From assembly GCF_001194135.2 (NCBI RefSeq), contig NC_068985.1, positions 113,275,758-113,308,783 on the forward strand: a stretch of DNA of 33,026 nucleotides. Direction: 5' to 3'. Shown here piece by piece: positions 32,607-33,026 of the stretch (its first letter is position 1; each line of letters starts with the position of its first letter). Origin of the DNA: Octopus bimaculoides. Taxonomy: Eukaryota. The notes under the pieces are model-generated. The model had not been told where the DNA came from, made no database searches, and worked only from the letters and a program-made list of their open reading frames with translations. The translations under genes were made by a program, and so were the position numbers.

Positions 32607-33011
32607 TTCTCTCTCATCTATTTCAGTCATTAGATTGCAGCTGGGGTACCGTTTTGAAGAACTTTTTTTAGTCGAATAAATCAACCCCAGTAATTATACT
32701 TTTAAAGCTTAGTACTTATTCTATCGCGTATTTTTGCCGAATCGTTAAGTAACAGGGGCGTAAACAAAGTAACACCGGTTGTCAAGAGGTGGTAGGAGAC
32801 AAACACAGCACAGACACAAATACACACACACATACATATGTACAGACACGACGAGCTTCTTTCCGTTTCCGTCCACCAAATTCACTCATAAGGCTTTTAT
32901 CGGCCCAAGGCTGTAGTAGAAGACACTTGCTCAAGGTGTCAAGCAGTGGGACTGAACCCGAAACTGTGTGCTTGGGAAGCAATCTTCTTACTATACAGCC
33001 ACGCCTGCGCC
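32607..33011 (-). mobile_element. SINE family A, full length
   Basis: All family A blocks are present, ending acagccacgcctgcgccta. Confidence 0.92.
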
Positions 33012-33026
33012 TATATATATATATAT

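Noticed and set aside
155-32982. Most ORF-track entries (poly-L, poly-N, HT/CV/YI repeats and so on) as protein-coding genes
   Set aside because: They are translations of microsatellites, which lack stop codons in some frames. They have no domain content or splice support.
3691-33011. tRNA genes suggested by A-box and B-box motifs
   Set aside because: None forms a complete cloverleaf. Each runs into a shared SINE body present in multiple diverged copies.
3315-33011. Minus-strand bias of SINEs (15 of 22 by my count) as evidence for a plus-strand host intron
   Set aside because: The two-sided binomial probability is about 0.13, which is not significant, and three of the copies are a tandem cluster.

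Overview
This 33 kb window is eukaryotic, AT-rich and repeat-dominated, and I found no intact protein-coding gene, rRNA, genuine tRNA gene or CRISPR array. The extreme microsatellite density and the SINE sequences resemble octopus (coleoid cephalopod) DNA, but that assignment is from recall, not a search. Large N gaps lie at 6310-6758, 7829-8693, 10735-10852, 12162-12633, 26891-27276, 28347-28778, 29256-29468 and 31840-32452, with 10-N gaps at 19623, 20898, 21727 and 22105. The window holds about 22 copies or fragments of three tRNA-derived SINE families (my labels A, B, C) and three dead Tc1/mariner-superfamily transposons. It also holds a probable ISL2EU (PIF/Harbinger-related) element with AT target duplications and a SAP-domain ORF, and a foldback-like MITE with an 8-bp target duplication. 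Retroelement relics include 3' fragments of two restriction-like-endonuclease LINEs (R4/Dong-like and HERO-like), weaker RTE and LTR remnants, and a Penelope-like terminal fragment. The most notable observations are a degenerate minimal hammerhead-ribozyme fold at 14641-14682 and three SINE copies rearranged by internal inversion, two of which form hairpins. I found no convincing new biological system, and almost all ORF-track entries are microsatellite or gap artefacts.
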